Shown one piece after another: positions 23,835 through 38,053 of a stretch of 64,000 nucleotides of DNA. Made by a program: the position numbers and the translations under genes. Position 1 is the stretch's first letter. Every line of letters starts with the position of its first letter. The notes under the pieces were generated by a model. That model did no database searches. It saw only the letters and a list, made by a program, of their open reading frames with translations, and had not been told where the DNA came from. Origin of the DNA: Octopus sinensis (taxonomy: Eukaryota); NCBI RefSeq assembly GCF_006345805.1, contig NC_043004.1:65162001-65226000 (forward strand), written 5' to 3'.

Positions 23835-26627
23835 AGTTTCCATGAGCACTATCTTTTGAATTTCTACCATTTTTGGGTTTCCTGGTATCTGAGTTAGGTA
23901 GCAATCAGCCCCTTTTGCTATCATTCCCAGAGCACCTATGACAACAGGTATTATTTTAATATTCAGCTTCCACATTTTGCTGATTTCTATTTCAAGGTCT
24001 TTATATTTGCTCAGTTTTTGGTAGGTCTTGACAGATACGTTTATATCGATTGGGACAGTCATATCAATGAGGAGGCATGATTTTTGTCTGAAGTCTTTCA
24101 ATATGATGTCTGGCCTATTTGCATCTATCTTTCTGTCAGTTTCAATGGTGAAGTTCCAGGGGAGTGAGATGAGTTCATTTTCAAGCACTGGAGGTGGATT
24201 GTGTTCCCACCAGTTTTTTCATGGGGCAAATCCAGGTTTTTGCAAATTACCCAGTGAATATATTGTGCAGCTCTATCAGAGATACTCTGTAGGCGCTAGA
24301 AGATTGCGCTTGGAGACAACATGATCAATGGTTTCATTTTGTTGTTGACATACACGACATGTTGGCCTACTGTCGTTTTTTAATATGTTGGCCTGGTAGT
24401 TTCTTTTTGGTAGGCATTGATTTTGAGCTGCTATGATAAACTTTTCCGTTTCAGATTTTAAGCCAGAGGCCATTAGCCATTGATGGGTCAGGGCTTTGTC
24501 AACATCTGCATTATTCGCTCTCTTTGGGTATTTGCCATAGAGACGTTTTTCTTGCCATTTATCGTTCAGAATATCTAAGGCTGCAGTTTTAGCACGGGTT
24601 TTCATGCGCCTAGCTTTTTCTGTGCTTATTTCTTGTATGTCTAATTCCGAAATTTGTTTTATTCAGAATTCACTTAGATATTCCTTTGCCTGTTTTGTGA
24701 CTGAGTATGATGCTTTCTTGTTTTCATGTTTTGGGACAAGTTTTAGCATCCAGTCCTCAGAGTTTTTCAGGTAGGTGTCTAGGACAATTGTAGCAATCTT
24801 CATTGTTATTGCCAGTTGTAAAAGTCCACGGCCTCCCTCTTTTCTTGGCAGATAAAGTCGTTCTGTATCTGCCTTAGGGTGGTGTATTCTATGCATTGTC
24901 AACAGTTTTCGTATTTTTCTGTCAAGATTACATATTTCAGTAATTGACCAGTTAACGATATTGAAACTGTAAGTCACGACTGGTATGGCTAAAGCATTGA
25001 TCGCTTCGATCCTATTTCTCGCATTCAGCTCTGTCTTGAGTATTGCTCTTACTCTGCGATAACATTCTCTCCTGATCCTTTCATTCATCACTGAATGCCT
25101 TATTCCGTACGCTTCAATTACCCCTAGGTACTTGTAGCTCTCCGGTGGGTCTAATTCTTTTATGACATTCTGCTGGTCAAGGTTAACGTTAGATGTTTCT
25201 GTCATTTTTCCTTTGATAAAGGTAGCTTTTGCACATTTATCGAGGCCAAATTGCATTCTGATGTCATCACTGAATTGTTTGACAATCGCTAGTAAGCCCT
25301 TGAGCTGTTGGTCATTTTTTGCAAAGAGCTTTAAATCATCCATGTAAATGAGATGATTTATATTTTTATCAAACATTTTATATCCGTACTGCGCGTCATT
25401 GAGCAATTTTGAGAGAGGTATCAAGGCTAAACAAAAGAGGAGTGGTGATAGTGAGTCACCCTGGAAAATGCCACATGAAATTTTTACATCACCAGCATTT
25501 AGAGATTCATTGTCACTGTTCAAAGTTAGTGTGGTTCTCCATGATCTCATACTTACAGACAAAAAGTTTCGCAGAGTAGGCGCTATTTTATACATTTCCA
25601 GGCATTTTTTTATCCAGCTATGTGGTAGGCTATCAAAAGCCTTTTTATAGTCTATCCAGGCTATTGTTAAGTTTTTGTGTCGTTTGTTACTGTCTATGTA
25701 GTGTCTTGCTTGAGGGTGTTTCTATCTCCAGTTTAAGTATGTTTGTACAGGGTTAGATTTATCTGTGGGGAAATATAAGGCATGGTAGAAGGCCTCAAGA
25801 ACTTCTTTATTATCTTCCCTAGACCATTTTTCCTTCTTTTTCTTTTGATTATTTGGTGACGGGCGTGGATGGCCATCTGTTGGAATATTCCGGTTGTGGG
25901 GTACGTCCAGCTCCTGTGTGTCGGGAAGATTTGATCCAGTAGCTGATTTTTCAATCAGAATTTAGTTCAATGTTCGGGTACGTGGTCTTTTGTAATCCGC
26001 TCGATGTAATTTGTTTTGTTGACATTGAAGCATGACGAGCTTCGCCTCTTACATTAGGAGACGGATCTGTCAGTTTAGGGTTCTCTGCAGGTAAACATTG
26101 TTCGTAGCGCCGCTTCTTAAGGCTAGCAGATCTGTATTTTATTTGTTGATAGTAGGAGGAAGAGCGGGTTCACCTTGTTAGGTTTTTGAATTTCTTGTTC
26201 GTTCGGAATTTTTATTTTATTTTTAAAAGTTTTGCTGTGGTTTACAGTTTTTGTAGTTATACAGTATGTATACATTAGCAGGTGCGTACTTCCATAATTT
26301 TTTATCGTGCATTTAATTGTGTTGTTAGAATAAAAGGCATTTTTACATATTCTGATAGTCAAGGAAGAAGGGACGACAAAATGTTCACACAAAATTGGAG
26401 ATATTTATGTTTCTAAATTATTTGTTAGATGTTCGTTTGTATGTCCAAAGCTGTAGATATGTAAGTTTCTTAACTTATTTTGAGGGAAATTCAAATTATT
26501 TACAGAAAACAGTTGATCCTCCAGTTTTTTACAGTTGCTTTTTCAGTTGTCCTGCTGGGTTAGCTGCTGACAGGTCAGAGCAGCGAAAAACACGTCCAGC
26601 CTCTGTCACGTCAAGCCGCCTTCTTCC
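23835..26627 (-). mobile_element. R4/Dong element 1 (RT plus restriction-like endonuclease), 5' end present, internally deleted
   Basis: It has an N-terminal WSREDNKEV-type motif and RT motifs WIDYKKAFDSLPH, GIFQGDSLSPLLF and YMDDLKLFA. A Zn-knuckle CRVC...ETIDHVV and RLE motifs RPDII...KYKDL...PVVIGALG follow. The 5' end abuts (TAA)n at 26628. Confidence 0.93.
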
Positions 26628-26655
26628 TTATTATTATTATTATTATTATTATTAC

Positions 26656-27316
26656 TTTTTTTTTTCTTCTTTCAAATTTTCTTCCATTTCTTGCCGAGTG
26701 TCTTCCCGACTCCTAGGGCAAAGAAACTCATAGTGTATATTGGTAGGCCATTAAACCAAACTCAGTAGTTCGTTCATTTTTTTTTTTTTTTTTTAAAGTT
26801 AAATTAAAATACATGAGCAGCAACAGTTCTCACATCGACAATGCTCTTCTCAATACTTGTGATGTACCAGTTAAGACAATCTTTTGCACTTCTTGCAGGG
26901 ATGGTAAGCCAGGGATCATTCTCATATAATTTTCGGTTCCCTTCTTGATCATTCCTAGTGCTCCTACGATCACTGGTATTGTAACCGCCTTGAGATGCCA
27001 AATTTTCTCAATTTCAATGAGTAGGTCTTTATATTTTCTGAGCTTGTCAAACTCTTTCGCTGAGATATTATGATCACAGGGGATGCTCATGTCGATCAAT
27101 AAGCAAACTTTATTGTTTTGGTCTTTCACAACAATATCTGGTTTATTGGCCTTGATGGTTCGGTCTGTATGTACTGGAAAGTCCCACAGAATGGTTACAT
27201 TTACTCCTTCAGTTACAGCCTCAGGGTGGTGATTATACCACTTGTCGGCAGTTTTGATATTGTAATGCCGACTTAGCCAGTGGAGATATTGGCCAACTCT
27301 GTCATGTCTTAATTTA

Positions 27317-27318
<2 letters not shown>
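26656..27318 (-). mobile_element. R4/Dong element 2, 5'-truncated (RLE domain and 3' UTR), a different family
   Basis: YKLRHDRVGQYLHW...WDFPVHTDRTIKANKPDIVVKD...KYKDLLIEIEKIW...PVIVGALG...RRALSM*. (TAA)n lies on both sides. Confidence 0.92.
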
Positions 27319-27368
<50 letters not shown>

Positions 27369-27377
27369 GCCTAGACA

Positions 27378-27945
<568 letters not shown>

Positions 27946-28102
27946 GTTGGACCTCTGATGAGCGTTTATTGAGCAAAGAAGTAATTCTAAACGTTCAAGC
28001 TGGGATAATCCCGCTCTTATTGTGGATAATCTCGCCTCTATTGTTTACATCTGGTAATCATACTGTTCGTGTTCCTGTCTTATTAATACTAGTTGATAAC
28101 AA

Positions 28103-28340
28103 ATGGCGTATTGGTTAGGGTGATCGGCTTGCGAGGATAATGTCATAGGTTCAATTTCACGATCGGTCGGTGCATTGGATTCTTGAGCAAGCATTTCATT
28201 TCACATTGCTTTAGTTTATTCAGCTTATTTTTGGGGACCAGCTGAGTGCTTGAGCTTCTGATCCTTTCACATTCTGGATGTTCGACTGAGTATTAGCATA
28301 AAGGTAGGAATATCAAAGGTGTATCAAGGCCTCCTAGTGA
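28103..28340 (+). mobile_element. Decayed SINE, group D type
   Basis: A tRNA-like head is followed by TTCTTGAGCAAGCATTTCATTTCACATTGCT. Confidence 0.55.
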
Positions 28341-29329
28341 CTACACAGGCACAGAAAGCAATTAGCGAGAACTCGGTATATTACAAAGCTATACTTCGTA
28401 CGCGAACGACAGCTGACACTTAAAGTAGTAGTTGTTGGTCAACCGCCTTAATGGGTTGTGTTTGAACAAATCTATGATAAAAGTCGTGTAAACTTGTTAT
28501 TGTTGTTTTGTACCCAGTCAGTCCTGATCAACAGATCTAAGCTAAAAGACTTTCAAGTCGTGAGGGTCTCTTTCATGATTTAAAAAAGAAAAATCTCGGC
28601 TTCACTCAATTGATCTGTGATCAATTATGTCCAAGCTGTGCTTAAGCTGTTATTTTTGTTATTACTCCTAGTCAACATTGATACATAAAGACAGGAGATC
28701 AAAGCGTTACAGCCGTGTTCACCAAACGTTTTTCATTACGGTAGTCGTTTAATATTTCCATTATTTCATCACCAAATGCATCATCTTCATTTTCAAACGA
28801 CTGAGTGCGAATTGAATAAAGAATTGGCTGCTATTTCTACTAGGACAATTGATCACACAGGATCACAGTGAGTACTCCAGTGAGTACTCCAGTGAGTACT
28901 CCATGATATCTTCGTTTTAAATACACTGCATTTACGCATTTAGCAGCACAGTTTCGTAAAAACGCATGTTTCTGTTGATTATTTAAACGATAGCTTAAGG
29001 AATATATGGCTGCTATTTCTAGCATGCCCAGCTTGAGGTTGCCAAGGAGCATCATCTGAGTGCTAGCTTCGTTTCATTCGATGTCTTATTCTTTGTATAG
29101 TTTCATTTTCGCAATCTCTACTCGTCTAATAATCGAATATCGATAGTCCTTAATCTATTGTTGTTGTTGCTGTGGCTGAGGTTCGTTTTTGTTTTTGTCG
29201 TCTCGTGCTTGTCGTGTTTATTTATGTTATTGTTGTTGTTGTTGTTGTAGATGTGATGGTTGCTAGGGTTGTTGCCACGAACGATGATGACAACGGCGAT
29301 AATGATAATGATACTGCTGTTGATGACAG

Positions 29330-30100
<771 letters not shown>

Positions 30101-32024
30101 GACGTTGCTAGCATTCATGTTTATGTTATTGGTATTATTGTTGTTGTTGTTGGTGTTGGAAACATTTTGTTATTTTTGTTGTGTTGTTGTTTTGTTGCTG
30201 CTGAGTCGACGCGGCAGTTGTATGGATGTAAGAATAGCAACGAGCTTTGGTGACTGTTCTGCCTTCACCATGGGGCTTAATTATCACCGCTAATTAGCTG
30301 TATTTCAATGTATCTCTAGCGTCGTTCTTTAAAAACAAACATCCAGCATAGACAGAAAGAAAAACAAGAAATTTCTTTAAAAAGTATTCCAAACGAAGAA
30401 ATAATAAAATAAAGAGAACAAATAAACGATAAAAAAAATTTATAAAATCGACACAAAAATTATTCTAATAGAAAGAGAGGAGGAAAAGAAAATGTCAAAA
30501 GAAGCGGTAATAAGACAGGAAAAGAGAGATGAAAAGGTAGGGAAATGAAAGAATAATATTCAGCGAAAGAAAGAAATGTTCTGTAAGATGTATGTTTAAT
30601 GTTTTATAAACAAATTATACATACATGCATTCATACATACATACGTACATACATTTATACATGTATGCACACATATATTTGTATATATACACATATAAAC
30701 ATATATGTGTGTAATTATTTACATACATTTATGTATATATGATTATGTATTGAAAATGGTTATATAGTTAATAAACGTATTTATTCTCACTGAAAAAGAA
30801 ACGGATGCCGGACTTAAGTCAGAGATCTCAGTAAACTAAGAGATTGAGTTGGCTATTCGATTCAACTTTCGTTAAAGATAAGTCTGCCGAATAAGTGGCA
30901 AGTAGATGACAGATTCAAATACAGCCACGTCAAAAAAAATTGCTAATGAATCGGTGCTCAGTTTCAAAATTTCTACTTTTATAGTAGTAGCAGTGCTAAG
31001 CAGTGATGAAGAATTTTGGTTTAAAATATGGCAAACCTATTTGCACTAACCTAAAGTTTGCTTTGGTCTTCTCATTGCCTAGCACTACTACTAATATAAT
31101 TTTTCTGGCCTGGCGATCTCTAAGCGCAACTAAGTTACTAATATTGACTGTTCCATCATAAAGCTACGGGTTTCTTATCTGTTCAAGTTTATTTCTTTTC
31201 AGCATCTCTTACTGAGGAAAGCTAAATAACCAGAAACGTGTCTAAGAGGCAGCAAAGTTGTTTTTATACCTTTTACAATCAGCGAGAATTTTCTCCTCGT
31301 TAAACTGCTGTGAAGTTACCTTTAAATGTTGAAATATGTTCACAAACATATGTCAACTAACCTAAAATTTATTTAATTTGTTTTTATATCCTATAGTAAG
31401 AGAAACTAAAGTTGAAATTCTTTATAATTCTGTCTATATATAATATGAGACAGCTTCTACGTAATCACATATTTTTCTAGAATCGTAGCCAAATACCAAT
31501 CAGATAATAACTTACTATTTAAAAATTCAAAATATGGTCCTAGAGAAACGAATCTTCCGGAACGCTTTTGGTCATAGGTCTAAACATTCAAAGATACTTT
31601 GTGGCTAAACACCATCAACAAGAATCAAAACCGGAAGTAAAAATGAACGCAGAATGCTAGACACCATTCTCCATATCAAAGCAAATAAGATGTTTCTTTT
31701 CTGTCTTTTGTGAATGTGCTGAAGAAATCGTCTAAGGCAAAAATTCTGAGACAGATGACTAACAGGTAATTCTAGTGTGCAATAAATAGAACAAAGTGAA
31801 GTTAAAAAAAAAAAATTTGCATTTATAGATTTGAGTAAAATTTTAAGACTTCATGGAAAGAGAAAATTATAAACAGGCTTGTTTATCTACGCAATAACTT
31901 CCAAGATTTAAATAAACGGCGGAAACTTAGTTGCCAACCCAATATCTAAGCATGTATCTATGTATGCGTGTGGATGTATGCATGTATGCATACATATATG
32001 TATGTCAGTATGAATGCATGCATG

Positions 32025-32055
<31 letters not shown>

Positions 32056-32236
32056 GCATGTGCAAATTTGTATGTTTTATGTATGTACTCTCATTACATA
32101 TAGTTGCATATCGGGACACGCTCATATATATTTAAATGATAAACATCTAGAAAGTTTTACAGATTTTTACAGTTCCACTGATGGATTGGATCTGTAGTCT
32201 TCTACTTTCTGATTTTGAGAAGCCTAATTTCTCAAG

Positions 32237-32541
32237 GTGGAGACACATAGCCTAGTGGTTAGAGCAAAGGACTCGCGGTCGAGGGATCGCGGGTTCGAAT
32301 CTCAGACCGGGCGATGTGGATGTTTATGAGCGAAACATCTAAGCTCCACGCGGCTGCGGCAGAATGTAATGGCGAAGTTCTGCTGACTCTTTCGCCACAA
32401 CTTTCTCTCAAACCTCCTGCACCTTGCAGCTCACCTGCGACGACCGGCGTCCCATCCAGTGACCTATACACCAAGGAAACTGGGAAATAGGCCCTTATGA
32501 GCCAGGCATGGCTCGGGAAGGAACAAACAAAACAACAAAAA
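32237..32541 (+). mobile_element. SINE group C (alternative tail)
   Basis: It has the same head and 5' body as 18144. The tail is GACCGGCGTCCCATCCAG...GAAACTGGG...TATGAGCCAGGCATGGCTCG followed by AAC repeats. Confidence 0.85.
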
Positions 32542-33358
32542 CAATTTCTCAAGATTGGTATTTAGGCAGGGTTACATATCCCGGGCCCCAATAATTACAG
32601 GTATAAACCTGAACTTGTAATCTATATAGAGTAACAGCAGATTTCTCAATAGTATGTATGTATGTATAAATATATATAAATCTGTTTTTGCTTGTGTGTG
32701 CCTATGTCTTTGCGTATGCGTGTACATGTGTGTGTGAGAGAGAAACATTTGGTAATATAGTATTAGTAAGATTACTATTACATTGCCATGGGTTACCATA
32801 TTCTTATTGATGTAACCATGTTCATTTGCAACAGATGTCTCTTTTCAGCATTCGCTTTCAAAGATAAACATATATGAACACATACAACATCAGCAATCGC
32901 AGTTCATTCCGTTTATGTTGCAAAATAAATTGGTTACTAAAAGAACAATATTTAGCATAAATTTAAATAAGACGGTAAACGCGTTGACTGTAGCAATATA
33001 GCAATATGGAAATTAGTATCTACGGAAGTAGATATGTTGTATACGGACATATATATTGATCTGTGAATGAATTGCGTACGTACTTCCATATATGCGTACT
33101 TACATACATATGCGTACGTACTTACATACATGTATGCATATATTGATACATACATGCATAATACATATATACATACATACATACATACATGCATACATAC
33201 ATACATACATACATACATACATAATACATGTGTGTGCAGTGAACGTGTTTGTGTAGTTGTAAACACACACACATACACACATATATACATGTGTGTATAT
33301 ATGCATATTACGTATATTTGTGTGTGTATATGTATGTATATATATTTGTGTGAGTGTT

Positions 33359-33400
<42 letters not shown>

Positions 33401-34029
33401 CATATGTATATACATACACACACACACTCCACTCACACAAATATATATACATACATATAAACACACAAGTATATGTATATATACATATACACAGGTATAC
33501 ACGCGCTCACACAATTATATATACATACATACATATACACACGCACAAATATATGTATATATACATACATATATATATATATATATACTCACACACATAT
33601 ATATATGTGTTTGTGTGTGTGTGTGGTGTGTGTGTATCTACGTATGCATGTATATGTGTGTGTCTTTGAAGTACCAATTGATGCACAATATCTCATGCAT
33701 AGGAATAGGTGCTTTCTAACCTTAGCCCTTCGCTGACGTACTGTCAAGAAGATCGATAACTCTTACAAGAAACATTTGTCTCTGTGTCTTTCACCGGTTT
33801 GTTAGCGTGTTAACTTCGAGACCATAAACACTAGACTCCAGCAATATAATGAATTCAAACTACGTGTCTTTCAATGTTTCTGTTCATACTCATTGCTATT
33901 CAATTCGACTGCTTTTTTTCTTTTTGAAATTCATTTTAATACATTCGTACATTTAACAAATATCCAATACATTTGCTCATTTTAGCACATAGAACATTTT
34001 AAAAATTTTAATTCATTTTAAGACTCTCA

Positions 34030-34580
34030 GGCGGCGTGCTGGCAGAGTAGTTACCGCGCCGAGCAAGGGGCTTAGCGGTATTTCGTCTGCCTTCAAGTTC
34101 TGAGTTTAAATCATGCCGAGGTCGGCTTTGCCTTTCATCCTTTCGGGGCTGATAAGATAAGTACCAGTTGAACACTGGGGTCAATGTAATCGATTAAACA
34201 CCTCCCCTAACATCGCTAGGTTTGTAGCAAAATCTGAAACCAATATATTTTATTACTTTAGGGGGTGAGCTCGCCGGGCGAAATGTTTAGTGGTATTCCG
34301 TGCCGTAACGTTCTGAGTTCAAATTCCGCCGAGGTTGACTTTGTCTTTCATCCTTTCGGGGTCGATAAGTAAAGTACCAGTTACACACTGGGGTTGATGT
34401 AATCGGCTTAATCCGTTTGTCTGTTCTTGTTTGTCCCCTCTGTGTTTAGCCCCTTGTGGGTTGTAAAGAAATAGGTGTTTCGTCCGTTTTTACGTTCTGA
34501 GTTCAAATTCCTCCGAGGTCGCCTTTGCTTTCATCCATTCGGGGTCGATAAAATGAATACCAATTGAGCACTGGGTTTGA
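34030..34580 (+). mobile_element. Cluster of group A SINEs (monomer, then dimer)
   Basis: The monomer spans 34030-34250. The dimer starts at 34260, with its second unit at 34474. Confidence 0.8.
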
Positions 34581-35321
34581 TGTAATCATCTTATACTGTC
34601 TCCTGTACTGTCTGATCCTATATATATATATGGACATATTTCCTAAGGGAGACAGGCCCAGTATTTCTAAGGGAATAATGCGTTTGTTTCCTAAGGGAGA
34701 CATGCCCTTTGTTCTATGTAACAAAAACAAAAAAAAAAAACAAAAAACAACAAAAAACAAAACAAAAAACAACAAAATTAAAAAAAGACCCTTAATTAAT
34801 AAATTAATTTGCAATAACCATTGTGACATTTCTCTTTTTTGGAACGCCGCTAAAATCCTGGAACATTTGTGCTTGAGCAGACTCTTTGCTCGTGTGATAG
34901 AAACATAGACTGAATTCCGATGTCTCTTTAGGTTTGGTCGAGGTCGATCGATGATATTGTACACTTTAAGACAGATTTGCAGAAGAATATGAGAGAAACC
35001 AGGAATGCTTTGTTGTTTTAGTAGACCTCACTAAGGGATTCGATTCAGTAAATCTACAGATCTGCTGGAAAATGCCAATGAAAATCGAAAATTTATATGA
35101 CATACGAAAATATCATTTACTATCGGGAAACTATGTGAACTACAATTATCTCTATCGTATCATTCAAAGTCAGTAATATTATTGGATTCAAATTTTTGCA
35201 CAAGGCCAGCAATTTCGGGAGAAGGGATAAATAAATTACATCCACCTAAGTGTTTGATGGATGAAACGCGGCTATGTATTTTGACCGGCTTTGTAACGAT
35301 TCTTATTTCTTTATTACCCAC

Positions 35322-35535
35322 AAGGAGTTAAACATAGAGGGGACAAACAAGGAAAGACAAACGGATTAAGTCGATTATATCGATCTCAGTGCGTGACTGG
35401 TACGTATTTAATCGACCCCGAAAGGATGAAAGGCAAAGTCGACCTCGGTGAAATTTGAACTCAGAACGTAGCGGCTGACGAAATATCGCTAAGCATTTCG
35501 TCTGGCCTGTTAACGATTCTACCAGCTCGCCGCCT
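35322..35535 (-). mobile_element. SINE group A monomer
   Basis: A reverse-complement match from head to the ...AAAGAAATA tail. Confidence 0.85.
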
Positions 35536-37299
35536 TTAGAGTTAGTATTATGGAAAACTTTATCTTCGCCGTTTTCTTGTTTGTTCTTTATTTTACATTT
35601 ATCCTATTTAAATATTCAAATAGGATAAAATTTACCTGATGTATGTTACAGATGTCTGCGTTCGTTCGAAGCCGATTATTCACTGCATCCCTACTCTGAG
35701 TTCTAGGTAGCGTATCATAGTTCCAAACACAATGCGATGTGAGGAATTTGGATATGAATCACCTCCGTATCGGAAGTTGTAGCATCTGATTTTCATTGGT
35801 TAGCTTTAGTCAGATCATAAGACCCACTACGAAATGATGACTAGCTGCTTCCTGATATGTTGTCTTTCAGACACTAATTCTACCAGTCGATCGTTGTCAA
35901 GTGATTTATTGTGGCAGTCTTCTAAACCAGACAAGATGAGGCTGCACCTACATCTGACTGGTGTGTGAAGAATGCCATTCCTAATATGGGTATTTTGAAG
36001 ACCAAATTCAAGTCTGATGCAAAATATTGTAATCATCATCATTCCGTGTTTTCTTTACCTTTGTTTTTCTTGTGTATTTCACACCCACTCAATTCAGCAT
36101 ATTATTCGGTATTCTCGTCATTCATATGTGATTTGTGGGAATATCTGGTGCTACTTCTAGCAAATTCAGCATCAACATTTCAAATCTCTTGTTGGTGCCA
36201 CGAGTAAATGCTATAAATCATTGATACATGCCTGATAAGATGAAAGCTGTTTCTCTGCAGGTGCCTTATAATACAAGAAAGAACATGTACAGAGTTATCT
36301 CCCGTACTTTACGGTATAATTAAAATAATGTTATACATTGGCAATACATTTCTTTTAACGAGCGTTTAATTAGTTCCAATCGTGCCAATTATCTAGCTAA
36401 TGTTCGCTACATGAAATATGTTTTAACTAACTTAACGATCAATGGACAGATTTGACTTAAACATTTTGAAGACAGACGAATTTAGCGCAGACCAATAGCC
36501 ACACACATAACTTCAGAAGTGGGACCTGGTAAGCTTACATTTTAATTATCTCTGATATTTACCGACTGTATCCATGCATAATTACTACTGAGATTTAACG
36601 AAATCATTATTAGACTTCTGTTGGAGATGCTGGTTGAGTTGTCACAGAAATCAGATGTATGTTTGGTTAGCTAATATGCTTGAAGCAGAATTAATACTCA
36701 TTTGATCAAAGACAGAAGCTGAGAAAAATAATTCCACGCCAAAATTTTGCTATGTTCTTGCTAAGCAGATCAACATACAGACACGTGTACGCACATACTG
36801 GGTAGCACAAAGAATAGATTTGCATATATTTCTATATACAGATATGGATATATATTAACATATTGACAGTTAATTACACGCAGGAATATCTACATACATA
36901 CATATATATGCATATACACATGCATATATAAAAGTGTATGTATGCATGCATGCATGTATGTTTTTATGTATGTATGTATGAATCTATATATCTGTCTATC
37001 TATATACATACATACACACATATATATATTTATTTTTGTGTGCATATACAAACACACACATATATATATACTTCTGTGTATATACATATACATATGTATA
37101 TGTATGTTTTGGGTGCATATACATATATATGTTTGTACGTATTTCAAGCATATATGCGCATATTCAGAAACGTGCGCACAAACATACGCATACATACTGT
37201 TATTTAGATATATAAGTATACGCAATTGAAACAGCATTAAATTAAAATCGACATCTGTGTATCAAGCTAAATGTATATATATTTCCTCGTATATATATC

Positions 37300-37440
37300 A
37301 TTTCCTTGTGTTCCTCTCTGGTGAAGAGCGTAGGCTCGAAACGTAAAAGACTTTCTCACCTTCACGAGCGTCAAACTAATACACCTGATTGTTGTTTATA
37401 CACCTGTCTTCGTCTTTTGTTTTTCTGTAAATTTCAATTG
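37300..37440 (+). mobile_element. Short hammerhead-like repeat (same family as 46333 and 53015)
   Basis: CTGGTGA A GAGC-GTAG-GCTC GAAA CG TA AAAG, followed by the shared CACCTGTCTTCGTCTTTTG. Confidence 0.6.
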
Positions 37441-38053
37441 AAAGTATATTAAATGTATGATGCAAGGAAATTTTCTGAAATAAAATCTCTTCATAGCTTT
37501 TTCGTCTTAAAAAGCCAATATCTATCGGAGTGAAACGAACGTCAACGCTTCTGTAACTGACGAGACGGACGCATCTCGCCTTCTTTTAATGCTTGTGAAT
37601 GCTTTGCACTCGAACGAGTATGAGGGGTTTTATCCCAGTAAATTCCACATGAGGCGTAGCGCAGTGTGTCTATTTGTATATTTGGTGCCAGAGTACCAAT
37701 GGTTGTAAAAGCGAGCTGTTTTGCTGCACAGTAAAGCATATGAGCAAAATAATGAACGGATATTCATAGATGGAAAGCCTTCGATTAAAAATCGGTTCAC
37801 TCACGGATCTCTCGGCTGAACGCAAGCTAAATCTGTAATATGCAAGTGGCTAAGAAGTGTTAGCCGAAGGACTCCCAGGTGTAATAACATGGATACAGTC
37901 CGGGCTCCTTAAATTGTAAGAAGGACCGAAACACTTGCCTCAGATGGTATTCTTCTCTAAAGACCTTCAACTACTCAGCGCTCTGGAATGTGTCTTACCA
38001 CTGGAGCAACTTATGAAGCCACAAGTCTTTCAATATTCTCAGAATTTTAAAAC

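Noticed and set aside
26530-26610. HDV-like ribozyme at the Dong-1 5' end (GCTGG/CCAGC P2, CTG-TCAG-CAG P4, CTAA J4/2)
   Set aside because: P3 is weak, the P1.1 GG is missing and the putative G1 is about 20 nt inside the element. A covariance-model search would be needed to revive it.
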